This document shows positions 54,893 through 64,000 of a DNA stretch of 64,000 nucleotides, one piece after another (position 1 is the stretch's first letter; each line of letters begins with the position of its first letter). The notes under the pieces were generated by a model. The model saw nothing but the letters and a program-made list of their open reading frames with translations, made no database searches and was not told the DNA's origin. The translations under genes were made by a program, and so were the position numbers. The stretch lies in the IMG/VR virus record IMGVR_UViG_3300034374_009254, positions 1 through 64,000 of that record, one strand, 5' to 3'. The DNA comes from a virus.

Positions 54893-57800
54893 TTATGTCG
54901 TTTGATAAGCTATTCCAAATGATAAACCAGTATTGGTTCCTAGCATAGATCCTGGTACGGCTGTTGGAGACCCCGATGCGGTATTATACTCTAAATATAA
55001 AGTGCTTGTCCCCGCTATAGCGGTTACATAAATACTTGCCCCAGAAACACTAGTAGCAGAATTCGTTATTCTTACAGGAGCAGTGCCGGATCTACCTATA
55101 GCAAAGGGTAGCCCTGTTATTGGAATGGCACCAGCTGTACTAGTACCTATATTAAATGCAGACACACTAACATGAACCAACTTTCCTGTTTTTACGTAGT
55201 ATTGAGTTCCTCCAGAATTTCCCGCGATAGTACAAGTCCAAGTTCCAGATTCTACTACATCCAGATCCGATTGCGGAACGTTTTCAAAAGCACTGTTTCC
55301 GCTATCGTAAACAAGAACATCCCCTTGAGTTGCACCAAGAATATTTACATCTGTTAGTCCAGCAAGAGTTTGTCCTGCACTTGCTTGATTTACCCAAGTA
55401 AAGTCGCTAGTAGTTCCATCCCAAGCTAAAATTTGTCCAGATGTTGCACTAGAGGTATTTAGTCCATAAGGCAGCACACTGTCTACTTCATTTCTAAAAT
55501 CATTTGATGAGATATCTATATGATAAAAGGGAAGGTGGCGAGAATGCCACTCATTACCGTCCCAAGATAAAACGTGGTAGGTACCACCGGTATCTACAGC
55601 GGAGTCTACATTACTTAAACTACCTAATGTTATGCTGGTGCCGGGAGCTTGAGCCACCCATTTGCTGTCTATAGACCTCCAAGTTAATACATCGCCATTT
55701 GATCTACCTCCTACTGCCGTATCTGCTAAGTTAAATAGATAAAGCATTTGAGGTTCCCACTCACTATTTGTGGCATCCCATTTTAAAACAGAGTCAGAAG
55801 AAAAAGGAACATTACTACTAACATCCCCTAGATCTCCTAAGTTAAAAGTACTAAAAGCTTTATTTTGCCACTCTCCGGCTGTAGTATCCCAAAGCAGTAA
55901 TTCATTATCTGTCGCTGGAGGGTTAGGGCTATATGCTACATCATTAAAGGTAGCTATACTTGGCTGTGCATTTACCCAGCCTCCTGTGGGCCCTTGGTAG
56001 AAAAGGTAACTACCGGACTGAATACTTGTTATTGTTACATCAGTAAGTCCTGCGACGTCAAGAGTAGCCTGTACATTTAAGTTACCTGTTCCTATTATAG
56101 AATTTCCATTAATTGTATATACATCTGTAAGGTACCCCGCACCATTTGTTAATTGATTATTATTTGTAGGTATACTTGGTAAATTACTTAAATCATTATA
56201 ATTACCTGTAGTAGCTACAGTTGCAAAACTCCCTGAAGTTAAAAATCCTGAATCATTAGTTAAGTCACTAGTTTTTGTAGGTATAGTTGGTTTATTACTT
56301 AAATCATTATAGTTGCCTGAAAAAAGCAAATTAGTAGTATCAGTTAGATCACTAACATCACTAGGTATTTGTGCACTTGTAATAAACCCAGAGTCATTTG
56401 TTAAATCACTAGTTTTTGTCGGTATGCTTGGTTTATTAATTAAATCATTATAAGAGCCTGATGTTGCTACTGCATGAAGATTTGGAGTACCATTTAAATC
56501 ACTATAATTACCACTTGTGGCTACTGCATGAAGGCTGGTCGAAGTAACATAGTTTGCATCATTAGCTAGAACAGAAACATTATCCCCCGGCTGTACTGCG
56601 GAATCTGCTTTTGCTCCTTGAGCTGCGGTAGCAGCATCGGTAATCCCATAACCTGCTAAAGTTGTGGGAGTATTAGTTAAGTCAGAAAATGCTACTGTTC
56701 CAGGACCCCAATTTGTACCATCATATTTTAAAAGTTTATTCGCGGTAGCCCCAGTAGAAACATTTGTTAAACTTTCTAACGTATAATCAATATAGCTTAA
56801 TTTTGTACCATCATGCTGTAAAATTTGAGTGCTAGAACCTCCTGCTACTTTCAGTCCTCCTGTTCCTATATCTGCGGCGTTTGCAAATAATTCTCCCCAT
56901 CTTTTAGCTGAACTACCAATATCATAACTATTTGCTGTAGTAGGAATTAAATTTTCTTCAATTTCCGCATTAAAAGTAACTACATCGGTAGAAGAAGTTC
57001 CAAGTAAAACATTTTCTCTTAAATGAGTAGAGCCATAAACAGATAGACCATCAGCAACTGTCCATTGAATATTAGATTCCCATGCAGGCCCCGTACCTCC
57101 AGATCCATCTGGTAAAGAAGAAGCAATATTATATTGAATTGCTGCAAAAGCTCCGTCAAGAGTAATACCTCCTCCTTGTGCTGCTGCAGCATTTCCTGCA
57201 CCATCTGCAAGAACTATATTTTTATCGTCTACAGTCATAATAGTACTATTTACTTCTGTTGTAGTACCATCTACTTGTAAATTTCCTGCAATAATTACAG
57301 TACCCGTATCGTCTCCATGAACTGCTGGGTCAATTACAAAGTTAGCAGGACCTCTTAGCCAGCCTCTTAATTCTAAATTATTCATTTTAGAATTAATGTC
57401 TGTACCATCGTAAGTTATAAAGTCTCCTGCTGCTGGATCTCCTATAGCTACTTTATGTAAACCGTCTGTAGGATCTACGCCGAACCAAAAACCGGTACCA
57501 ACACCGTAATCAGTCATTCCCCCACGAATACTTCCTCCAGCTACGTCAATTCCGGCATTTGGACCATTTATTGTAATTCCATCACTTGTTCCTGTTTCTG
57601 CTTGCTGCTGAGGATTTAAATTAGAAACAGCGCCTATAAAGGAACGATTTAGTATAAAGTTTAATACGTAAGGTGGCCCATCAGGACCTCTAAGAACTTG
57701 TGCAAGAACAGCGTCATTAGAATAGTTAGGACGATAAACAGCTCTATAAGCTGCTTGAACTTGAAGTTCGGTTTCAAAAGAACGATCTAAAGTAACTTGG

Positions 57801-58573
57801 GTATCACTGTTAATTTCTATTACTTTGGCCCCTAATCCTAAGTATTCGTCATTAATAGAGCCTACAGGAAAAGTTACAGTATCATTAACTTTAAGAGATT
57901 GTCTAAACCCTGAACCTGTCATTATACCGTCAGTTGATACCGCAACATTTCCAATGCTAAGCCAATTACTGCTATGATCCATAGCACGCGTGCCATCCCC
58001 CATAAATCTCCAAAACGGTAATGTTGGCATTGCATGTTTGTCCCACTCCACTAAATGAATGGTTCTATACTGCGCTTGAAATAGTATATAAAGTTCGCGT
58101 GTCTCGTCAGGAACTACTCCATCTAAGTTTACTACTTGAGGCTCTGATACTGTGATTGCATTTTGAGGATTTACTATTGAAGATATATTAACAGGATAGC
58201 TTTCAAAAGTGTAATCAAATTCGTCAAAATCTTCTGTAGGTTGAGGATTTAAAACGGTTCCTTCATAAGTCCAGCCGTCAGGATATAACTCTGCTACTAA
58301 ATCTCTTAAGAAAGGCCAATTTATTAAACCCCTATACCTACTAGATACAGGATCTCCTGCTCCTTCCTCTGTACTTTGAGTTTCATCGGCTCTAAAGGAA
58401 TTGACTGTATCTGCATTAAAACTAGCATATGCACCTTTGGGCATACCATCATGAATACGAGGGCCTATAAGAGTAAACTTTTGCCCATCTCTATTTATCC
58501 GTACTGTTTTAAATTCAGAATAGTTTCCTTTATGAGAAACACTTCTTACTTTAAATGTAATTTCTTCTGACAT
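54893..58573 (-). CDS. Central tail fibre, distal part
   Basis: GNLQVDGTTT.VNST...VDDKNI, SGNY.DL..P and L..L.DV repeats; C-terminal Y.K.GKLVHV...ITGLPF. Confidence 0.8.
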   Translation of the reverse strand: MSEEITFKVRSVSHKGNYSEFKTVRINRDGQKFTLIGPRIHDGMPKGAYASFNADTVNSFRADETQSTEEGAGDPVSSRYRGLINWPFLRDLVAELYPDGWTYEGTVLNPQPTEDFDEFDYTFESYPVNISSIVNPQNAITVSEPQVVNLDGVVPDETRELYILFQAQYRTIHLVEWDKHAMPTLPFWRFMGDGTRAMDHSSNWLSIGNVAVSTDGIMTGSGFRQSLKVNDTVTFPVGSINDEYLGLGAKVIEINSDTQVTLDRSFETELQVQAAYRAVYRPNYSNDAVLAQVLRGPDGPPYVLNFILNRSFIGAVSNLNPQQQAETGTSDGITINGPNAGIDVAGGSIRGGMTDYGVGTGFWFGVDPTDGLHKVAIGDPAAGDFITYDGTDINSKMNNLELRGWLRGPANFVIDPAVHGDDTGTVIIAGNLQVDGTTTEVNSTIMTVDDKNIVLADGAGNAAAAQGGGITLDGAFAAIQYNIASSLPDGSGGTGPAWESNIQWTVADGLSVYGSTHLRENVLLGTSSTDVVTFNAEIEENLIPTTANSYDIGSSAKRWGELFANAADIGTGGLKVAGGSSTQILQHDGTKLSYIDYTLESLTNVSTGATANKLLKYDGTNWGPGTVAFSDLTNTPTTLAGYGITDAATAAQGAKADSAVQPGDNVSVLANDANYVTSTSLHAVATSGNYSDLNGTPNLHAVATSGSYNDLINKPSIPTKTSDLTNDSGFITSAQIPSDVSDLTDTTNLLFSGNYNDLSNKPTIPTKTSDLTNDSGFLTSGSFATVATTGNYNDLSNLPSIPTNNNQLTNGAGYLTDVYTINGNSIIGTGNLNVQATLDVAGLTDVTITSIQSGSYLFYQGPTGGWVNAQPSIATFNDVAYSPNPPATDNELLLWDTTAGEWQNKAFSTFNLGDLGDVSSNVPFSSDSVLKWDATNSEWEPQMLYLFNLADTAVGGRSNGDVLTWRSIDSKWVAQAPGTSITLGSLSNVDSAVDTGGTYHVLSWDGNEWHSRHLPFYHIDISSNDFRNEVDSVLPYGLNTSSATSGQILAWDGTTSDFTWVNQASAGQTLAGLTDVNILGATQGDVLVYDSGNSAFENVPQSDLDVVESGTWTCTIAGNSGGTQYYVKTGKLVHVSVSAFNIGTSTAGAIPITGLPFAIGRSGTAPVRITNSATSVSGASIYVTAIAGTSTLYLEYNTASGSPTAVPGSMLGTNTGLSFGIAYQTT
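56150..56540 (-). repeat. Coding tandem repeats (SGNYNDL.NKP.IPTKTSDLTNDSGF)
   Basis: About four imperfect copies are visible in both protein and DNA. Confidence 0.75.
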
Positions 58574-61500
58574 TAATCAAATCCTGGAAAGTTTATTGAC
58601 TTTTCTGTGGTGGTTACAGGAGACACTACTGTATCTGCAGTATGTACTATTTCAAAATGACTAATCCATTCGTCATTTTCTGGTCTATCCCACGATAATA
58701 AAATTTCAGAGAATGGAGTAGCTTGAGGGCCTTCAAATGAGGCGTGCAGATTTTTAACTGAAGGAATGACATCAGGCTCTTTTTCTGCATAAGCACTAGG
58801 GGGTATAGCTCCTAAGTCATATTCTTTTTCTATTTCTCCGAATTTTTGATTATAGTGCTCCACGGCCGTTACAGCAAATATATTTTTAGATTCTTTTGCT
58901 ATATCTAAAACTTTATACGTTTTTGCTGACCCTAATATTTCGGCCCCGTCTGAATTTATTTCTCGTATAGACCAAATTAAATTTGCTCGAGGAACCTTAT
59001 CTAAACTACTAGCTAAGTTAATGGACGATGTTGTAACTGTCCCGGGGTTAGTTATATCTACTTTTTGCACATAAGTTGCAGAATGCCAAGACATTTGAAG
59101 TAATGTATCTCCAGCAGAACTAGAAAATGCATTTGAAGCTTTACTCTCACTATCTAGACTTGTTAAAATATAGTCTTTGCCATTAAAAACATAAGCTTCT
59201 GGTATTCTATCGTTAGTATTATAAGTTGTTCCATTTATAGCAATTGATTGAGCTCCGGTATAAAAAGCCGCGGGCTCTGTAATTACTAGGTACATTTCAT
59301 AGTCACTTGTAGAATTAAAAGTTATCTCTCTGTCTAAAACTAAAGAATTAAGAGTCCCTCCACTACTAAGTCTTCCGCCATACGAAATTCCATATCGATC
59401 TCCATCTTGTACTGTTATTACGTCCCCTGGCCTTATGAAAGCACTACCAAAAGACGTCTTAAATGTAACGACTTCTCTTTGATTCTGTGCCGTCCATAGT
59501 TTCCACTTTCCCATTCGTATTGCTTGACTTTCAGAAGTACAACCAAAGGCTACTACTTCTTTTGTCCTAATTTGTCCAGTTTTTGCAATATCTGATTTGT
59601 CTTCTATAAGTAGAGGGACTAGCTCATAGTTTGCAGCAGGGTCATTCCAAGTTACAATTATTTGATTAAATTTTGTATTCTCAGGAGTTCCTTCATACGC
59701 AAAACGCCCATCAATAACATTAGCTTTTGTAAAGTTATAAACGGGATCAGAAGGAACATCTTGTACTAAACTTATTTGACCGTCTAGCCAATAAATTATA
59801 GAGGCAAAATTGGTTGCCATATCTTTCAATACTTTATAAATTTCGATCGGCTTAGTAAGAAGTACATTCATTCTATACCGAGGTTCTAATAATTCTGCCG
59901 TTCCTTCCATATCAGAAGGAGCGCTATCTGTAGGACGTATGTACCTAAATTCTGTTCCCACATTTCCATCAGGAGCTCCTATGTCTGTCCAAGGTATTGC
60001 TCCTGTTGTTTTAATTCTATAAAACTCTCCTGTTTTAAAACTAGTAAAACCTGCAATTTTACCTGTACCTACTAGCTCATCACAATATCTAGCAATTCTA
60101 TATAAAGAGTACTTATCGATATCAAACTCAGAAATGTACTGTCCGGCACCATACCTATTATTTGTTACTATATCATAAAAACACCAAGCAGGATTATCAG
60201 TATAGTGTAAAACTTTTTTAAAGTTTCCTCCCCAAAAATTTTCATACTCGGCTTTGCCCGTATGAGAGTACTCCCGAGGAGTGTAAGATTCGGGAATTTT
60301 TACTAACATTCCGCGCATTTCATAAGTTCTTCTGGGAGCTTTATTATACTGTTTAGAATTAAAAATTGTATTTACTAGTGCTGTGTATGGGTAGGTGAAT
60401 TTATCTTTTATGACACATTGAATTTTACTAATTACCGATTCTGCAACCGTATAATAGTCTGTCTTATCATCTTCACTGCCTGCCGATCTTCCAGTTGAGT
60501 AAACAGGTAGCCCTGCACTTCTAGTTTGTCTAGCTACTTGTAGTACAAAAGTATCAAAAGGTCTGAAACTTTCTAAGTCTATAATATGTTCATAAGAAAT
60601 TCCTGCTCTTGTTCTTCCCCAATGTCTAACAGAATTTCCAAATAAATCAACCCAAGGTCCTGTAATTCCATTTGTTGTAAATTTTATTCTAAATTTGTAT
60701 ATAGCATAACAAGTCAATAGACTTCCATCCTCTTGATTCATTGTATGTAATCCTTGAGGGTAGGTAATCATTAAAGAAATTTGATCCATTTCGTTTATTT
60801 TTGCATTATTTGCAAAAGCACTTGATGGAATATCTGTAGGATTATTTACAGTATGTGCGTTTAACTCCAGCTGACCTAACCCTGTTCTATTTACATATCC
60901 ATTTTCTGGATCGATATTAGGAAGCCCGTGTATATCAAAAATTGTTATTGATTCATTGGTATTTTTGCCGTAGTCTGAAAGAGTAGGATTATTAGGATCT
61001 GGGGCTAATATTTTTAAGTCTGTGGTAATTCCTCCTAAATTTCCTTCTGTAACTACGGCCGCCCCTACAGTGCCTACTTCTGATAAAGGCTCTTGTATCA
61101 AATAGCCCCTACGTTCTTGCGAATAAAGCCCTTCTACTTTTAAAAAATTACCCGCAGTTCTCCAGCCTCCAGACTGTCGATTATAGTAGTCTACCCAAGC
61201 GTCTTTTTCGTCGGGCAATAAATAATTTGGTGCATCGTCTACAGTAACTTCATCTGGTAATTCTATCTGGGATTCTTCTTCGAAATTAAACTGAAGAGAG
61301 CTTGTAATTGAAAATATATAATTTCCTGGTTGTGGTTCGTTTTCGGTTACAACACTTTTGTTGTTAGGAATACTAGCAAGAGCAAACTTTTTAGCAATAA
61401 ATAGTTTATACTTTTGGGGGTAAATGGCAACATAAGGATTTTTTGGTTCAAATATAATAGTATTTGCAATAGCATATACAGTCTGGCCCCCCATAACACT

Positions 61501-62070
61501 ACCAGCATCTGCTGCTACTAAAAAGGCGCGCGAATTTTCATCATTTAAGGTAATCCACCTTTGTATATCTCCGCTTAAATTATTTGCTGCATCAGCTGTA
61601 ATTCTTACTTGATTATTTGCATCTCTTACAGTAGATGTAATATCTAAGTCATCTACGAATAAATAATCAAATAAAATTATACTTTTTCCGGTTGCATAGT
61701 AATCTCCGGTACTGGTATCAATCATATAATCTGGTAGCGTACTCCCACTTGATAAAGTTCCATTTTTACCAGAAAATGCAATTCTAGTACTAGGATCTAT
61801 AGCGGAGCCTAATACTCCTTGGGGAGGAATATATCCTAAATATTTTGCATCTTTTACAGGAACATCATCAAAATAAATAGACCCTGTTCCATTTACCAAA
61901 CCTGCTACTGGGCCTTCACATATAGCATCAGTAATAGAAATATTTTGTATTACTGTGCCTGACCCAGTTTGAGTAAATACTCTTTCTGTTTGATTTACAT
62001 TACCTGAATTATTTGGTCCGCCAATACCTAAATTAAATAGGTAATTCGCACCCCCGATACCATCTGGCAT
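58573..62070 (-). CDS. Lambda gpJ-like tail tip/host-specificity protein
   Basis: DAICEGPV.GL, YPYTA, TDNPAW..YD...N.RYG.G, FTKANV..G.F.Y, FGCTSESQA.R.G.W, RPGDVI.V.D and GGR. Confidence 0.9.
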   Translation of the reverse strand: MPDGIGGANYLFNLGIGGPNNSGNVNQTERVFTQTGSGTVIQNISITDAICEGPVAGLVNGTGSIYFDDVPVKDAKYLGYIPPQGVLGSAIDPSTRIAFSGKNGTLSSGSTLPDYMIDTSTGDYYATGKSIILFDYLFVDDLDITSTVRDANNQVRITADAANNLSGDIQRWITLNDENSRAFLVAADAGSVMGGQTVYAIANTIIFEPKNPYVAIYPQKYKLFIAKKFALASIPNNKSVVTENEPQPGNYIFSITSSLQFNFEEESQIELPDEVTVDDAPNYLLPDEKDAWVDYYNRQSGGWRTAGNFLKVEGLYSQERRGYLIQEPLSEVGTVGAAVVTEGNLGGITTDLKILAPDPNNPTLSDYGKNTNESITIFDIHGLPNIDPENGYVNRTGLGQLELNAHTVNNPTDIPSSAFANNAKINEMDQISLMITYPQGLHTMNQEDGSLLTCYAIYKFRIKFTTNGITGPWVDLFGNSVRHWGRTRAGISYEHIIDLESFRPFDTFVLQVARQTRSAGLPVYSTGRSAGSEDDKTDYYTVAESVISKIQCVIKDKFTYPYTALVNTIFNSKQYNKAPRRTYEMRGMLVKIPESYTPREYSHTGKAEYENFWGGNFKKVLHYTDNPAWCFYDIVTNNRYGAGQYISEFDIDKYSLYRIARYCDELVGTGKIAGFTSFKTGEFYRIKTTGAIPWTDIGAPDGNVGTEFRYIRPTDSAPSDMEGTAELLEPRYRMNVLLTKPIEIYKVLKDMATNFASIIYWLDGQISLVQDVPSDPVYNFTKANVIDGRFAYEGTPENTKFNQIIVTWNDPAANYELVPLLIEDKSDIAKTGQIRTKEVVAFGCTSESQAIRMGKWKLWTAQNQREVVTFKTSFGSAFIRPGDVITVQDGDRYGISYGGRLSSGGTLNSLVLDREITFNSTSDYEMYLVITEPAAFYTGAQSIAINGTTYNTNDRIPEAYVFNGKDYILTSLDSESKASNAFSSSAGDTLLQMSWHSATYVQKVDITNPGTVTTSSINLASSLDKVPRANLIWSIREINSDGAEILGSAKTYKVLDIAKESKNIFAVTAVEHYNQKFGEIEKEYDLGAIPPSAYAEKEPDVIPSVKNLHASFEGPQATPFSEILLSWDRPENDEWISHFEIVHTADTVVSPVTTTEKSINFPGFD

Positions 62071-62086
62071 AAATTTACTCCTTTAC

Positions 62087-62920
62087 TTAATACTCAAATC
62101 TTGGAATAATACTTCGGTCCAAATCAGGCCCACTGGGTGGACGGGTCGGTTGAGTATCTCCACCATCACCCCCTCCATCAGTTCCTCCGCCATTGCCGCC
62201 ATCTGTATTTCCGTTATAATTATCTGTGCCTTCCTCATTTGTATTATCGGTATTTGGTGTGGCAGCGTTTAAAGGGTCTCTATGAACAAATACAGCAGCT
62301 GCATTAGCAGTTTGAAAACTAATTGGCCTCCCTGATATTCTTAACTGCCCGTAAAGCACCGGGACAGGATCTCCTTCAGCAATTACTTGTCCCGACCCCT
62401 GAAAAAGATAAGTATCCTCTTTTGATGCGCCACCATTATCTGTCGCAGGATCAGGCATCATCATTTCAGTTAATCCCTGCATTAAAAGTGCTCCCCCAAG
62501 AACTGCAAGTCCTAAAGCAGCACCTATTGCTAATCCACTAGCTCCTCCTGCCATAACGGTTGCAAATAATGTTTTTCCTGCTGCCGCCCCTAAAAACTGC
62601 ATTCCTGGAACGAATAAAAGTGCTACCATCAAGAAGCCTACAATTGCTTTTACAACTCCTCCAGAACCTGCTGGTATAGCACGAATTGTCATTGCGCCTG
62701 TATCATAGTGAAGCAAAAGCTCGGTCTCATCAGTAATAGGTGTATCATCTACTTCGCAAACAAATTCTATACCTTTTTCCGAAGATTCTATTAAATATGG
62801 ACGAAGCTCTGGAAAATTACAATCAAGGCATTTAACAACATCTTGGAAAGAAGATACGTCCATAGTAAATTCTTTTCCGAACTTTTCGCCTATATCCCCT
62901 TCTAAATATATTTTACGCAT
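62087..62920 (-). CDS. Lambda gpI-like tail assembly protein
   Basis: IYLEGD.GEKFG, IPAGSGG, a hydrophobic stretch, YLF.G and G.PVPVLYG. Confidence 0.85.
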   Translation of the reverse strand: MRKIYLEGDIGEKFGKEFTMDVSSFQDVVKCLDCNFPELRPYLIESSEKGIEFVCEVDDTPITDETELLLHYDTGAMTIRAIPAGSGGVVKAIVGFLMVALLFVPGMQFLGAAAGKTLFATVMAGGASGLAIGAALGLAVLGGALLMQGLTEMMMPDPATDNGGASKEDTYLFQGSGQVIAEGDPVPVLYGQLRISGRPISFQTANAAAVFVHRDPLNAATPNTDNTNEEGTDNYNGNTDGGNGGGTDGGGDGGDTQPTRPPSGPDLDRSIIPRFEY

Positions 62921-63605
62921 CATATCTATAAACTCCTACAATTGTGGGGGCCCATCTTGGAAACAAAGATTCTCGGCAAGAAAGACGATGTACTGCATGG
63001 TGAAAAAACATATCCTTGCCTATATAAACTCCGCAATGATTTGGTACATCTGACTCCATTTGAAAAATTAATACATCATTTATCTGTAATTCTTTTTTAT
63101 CTACGCGTTTTCCTCCCCATTGCTTTGCCATATCATCAGTAAAATAATTTAAATCTTCTTTCTTCCACCAATTTTCTTCAAACAAAGCTCTAGGAGGGAT
63201 TTCTATATTTTGAGTTTTTAAATAGTCTCTAATAGCTTCGAAACAATCCATTACTCCAAATTTATATTCTCTACCTATTAAAGGAAATGCTTTTGTGGTT
63301 GGTTCTACTATATTTAAATTCATTTCCGAATCAAAAATATAGTAAGGTATTCCCGTACTGTTACATCCGTTTATATCAGATTCACTAGGTTCATTACTAG
63401 TATTTATATGGTTATGAACTATTCCTAAAATATCTGCTTTTTTAATTACATTTAAATAATCTTTTGAACACATTATAAAATCTTGATTATTTGTAGCAAT
63501 ATTTTTACAGGGAAACCATTGTTTTTTTCCTTCAACAATTCCTATAATTCCGCAGCCTTCTTTAGGATATTCTTTTGCAAAATGTTCTTGTATTTCATCT
63601 ATCAT
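62913..63605 (-). CDS. Lambda gpK-like tail protein (JAB/MPN + NlpC/P60)
   Basis: PKEGCG, VHNH...PS.SD, GR.Y.FG..DC and NHCGVY.G...FHH...LS.RE. Confidence 0.9.
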   Translation of the reverse strand: MIDEIQEHFAKEYPKEGCGIIGIVEGKKQWFPCKNIATNNQDFIMCSKDYLNVIKKADILGIVHNHINTSNEPSESDINGCNSTGIPYYIFDSEMNLNIVEPTTKAFPLIGREYKFGVMDCFEAIRDYLKTQNIEIPPRALFEENWWKKEDLNYFTDDMAKQWGGKRVDKKELQINDVLIFQMESDVPNHCGVYIGKDMFFHHAVHRLSCRESLFPRWAPTIVGVYRYDA

Positions 63606-64000
63606 TTAAATTTATTTGTTCCTATAAATCCGCCAAAAGGAAGAGGCAAATAAGTGTCTAAAACTCCAGGGGTACTAGTTGCTTGAAACCGAACTTTACA
63701 AGAGTTTACTCGTTTTCCACAAACATCTATTCTCTTCCAAACGCCTTTTTGAGTATTTGGATTTCTACCCTTGCTCGGATTAGTTGCCTCCCAAATTCTT
63801 ATATATCCATCTCCATTATAACCATCAGTAAAACTTATTTCAGTACCTTTTAGTATCGGGCCAAGAAATGCACGACTAAATGTAATTTTATATTCATATG
63901 ATAAAACAGTATTACCAGAGGTCATCCCGGGAGTAAGTGTAACATTAGTTACAAGACCTGGAGAATTTAAAGTACTAGGTATTAAATAATAATTATTTAT
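63602..64000 (-). CDS. Lambda gpL-like minor tail protein, C-terminal part (5'-truncated)
   Basis: DVCGKRVNSCKVRF...LPFGGF.G; the frame is open to the window edge. Confidence 0.85.
   Translation of the reverse strand: MNNYYLIPSTLNSPGLVTNVTLTPGMTSGNTVLSYEYKITFSRAFLGPILKGTEISFTDGYNGDGYIRIWEATNPSKGRNPNTQKGVWKRIDVCGKRVNSCKVRFQATSTPGVLDTYLPLPFGGFIGTNKFK

Noticed and set aside
1-64000. tRNA/rRNA genes, integrase or alternative genetic code
   Set aside because: Intergenic gaps are short and explained, no cloverleaf was recognised, and the standard code gives full-length genes with all three stop codons in use.

Overview
This window is part of a lytic, T5-like (Demerecviridae-type) siphophage genome. 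A marine or aquatic proteobacterial host is inferred from gene content only. The + strand (1-24.3 kb) carries an accessory block (hsp20, six tiny membrane/lipoprotein ORFs missed by the ORF track, iscU, two peptidoglycan hydrolases, a DenV-like glycosylase, DUF3310). It continues with the T5-order replication module: D2, D3, PC4-like protein, split NAD ligase, D5, DnaB-like helicase, primase, PolA, D10, D11, D12/D13, D14, D15, then nrdAB. A bidirectional terminator at 24.27 kb separates this from a 40-kb - strand tail region. That region has a lambda-type tail tip (gpL/K/I/J), fibre and collar genes, and a 24-kb array of 13 modular fibre/adhesin genes. Two observations stand out. (1) The array holds 7 N-terminal 'NFPxSP' modules and 7 internal 'GDLW..QWV' modules, and their gene order reads as a valid depth-first tree, which suggests a plug-and-socket branched receptor-binding assembly. 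(2) Seven sigma70-type promoters share one consensus, and in most the -10 box lies inside an inverted repeat of unrelated sequence that often also covers the next RBS. No tRNA, rRNA, CRISPR, integrase or reverse transcriptase was recognised. All calls come from reading motifs by eye; no database search was run.
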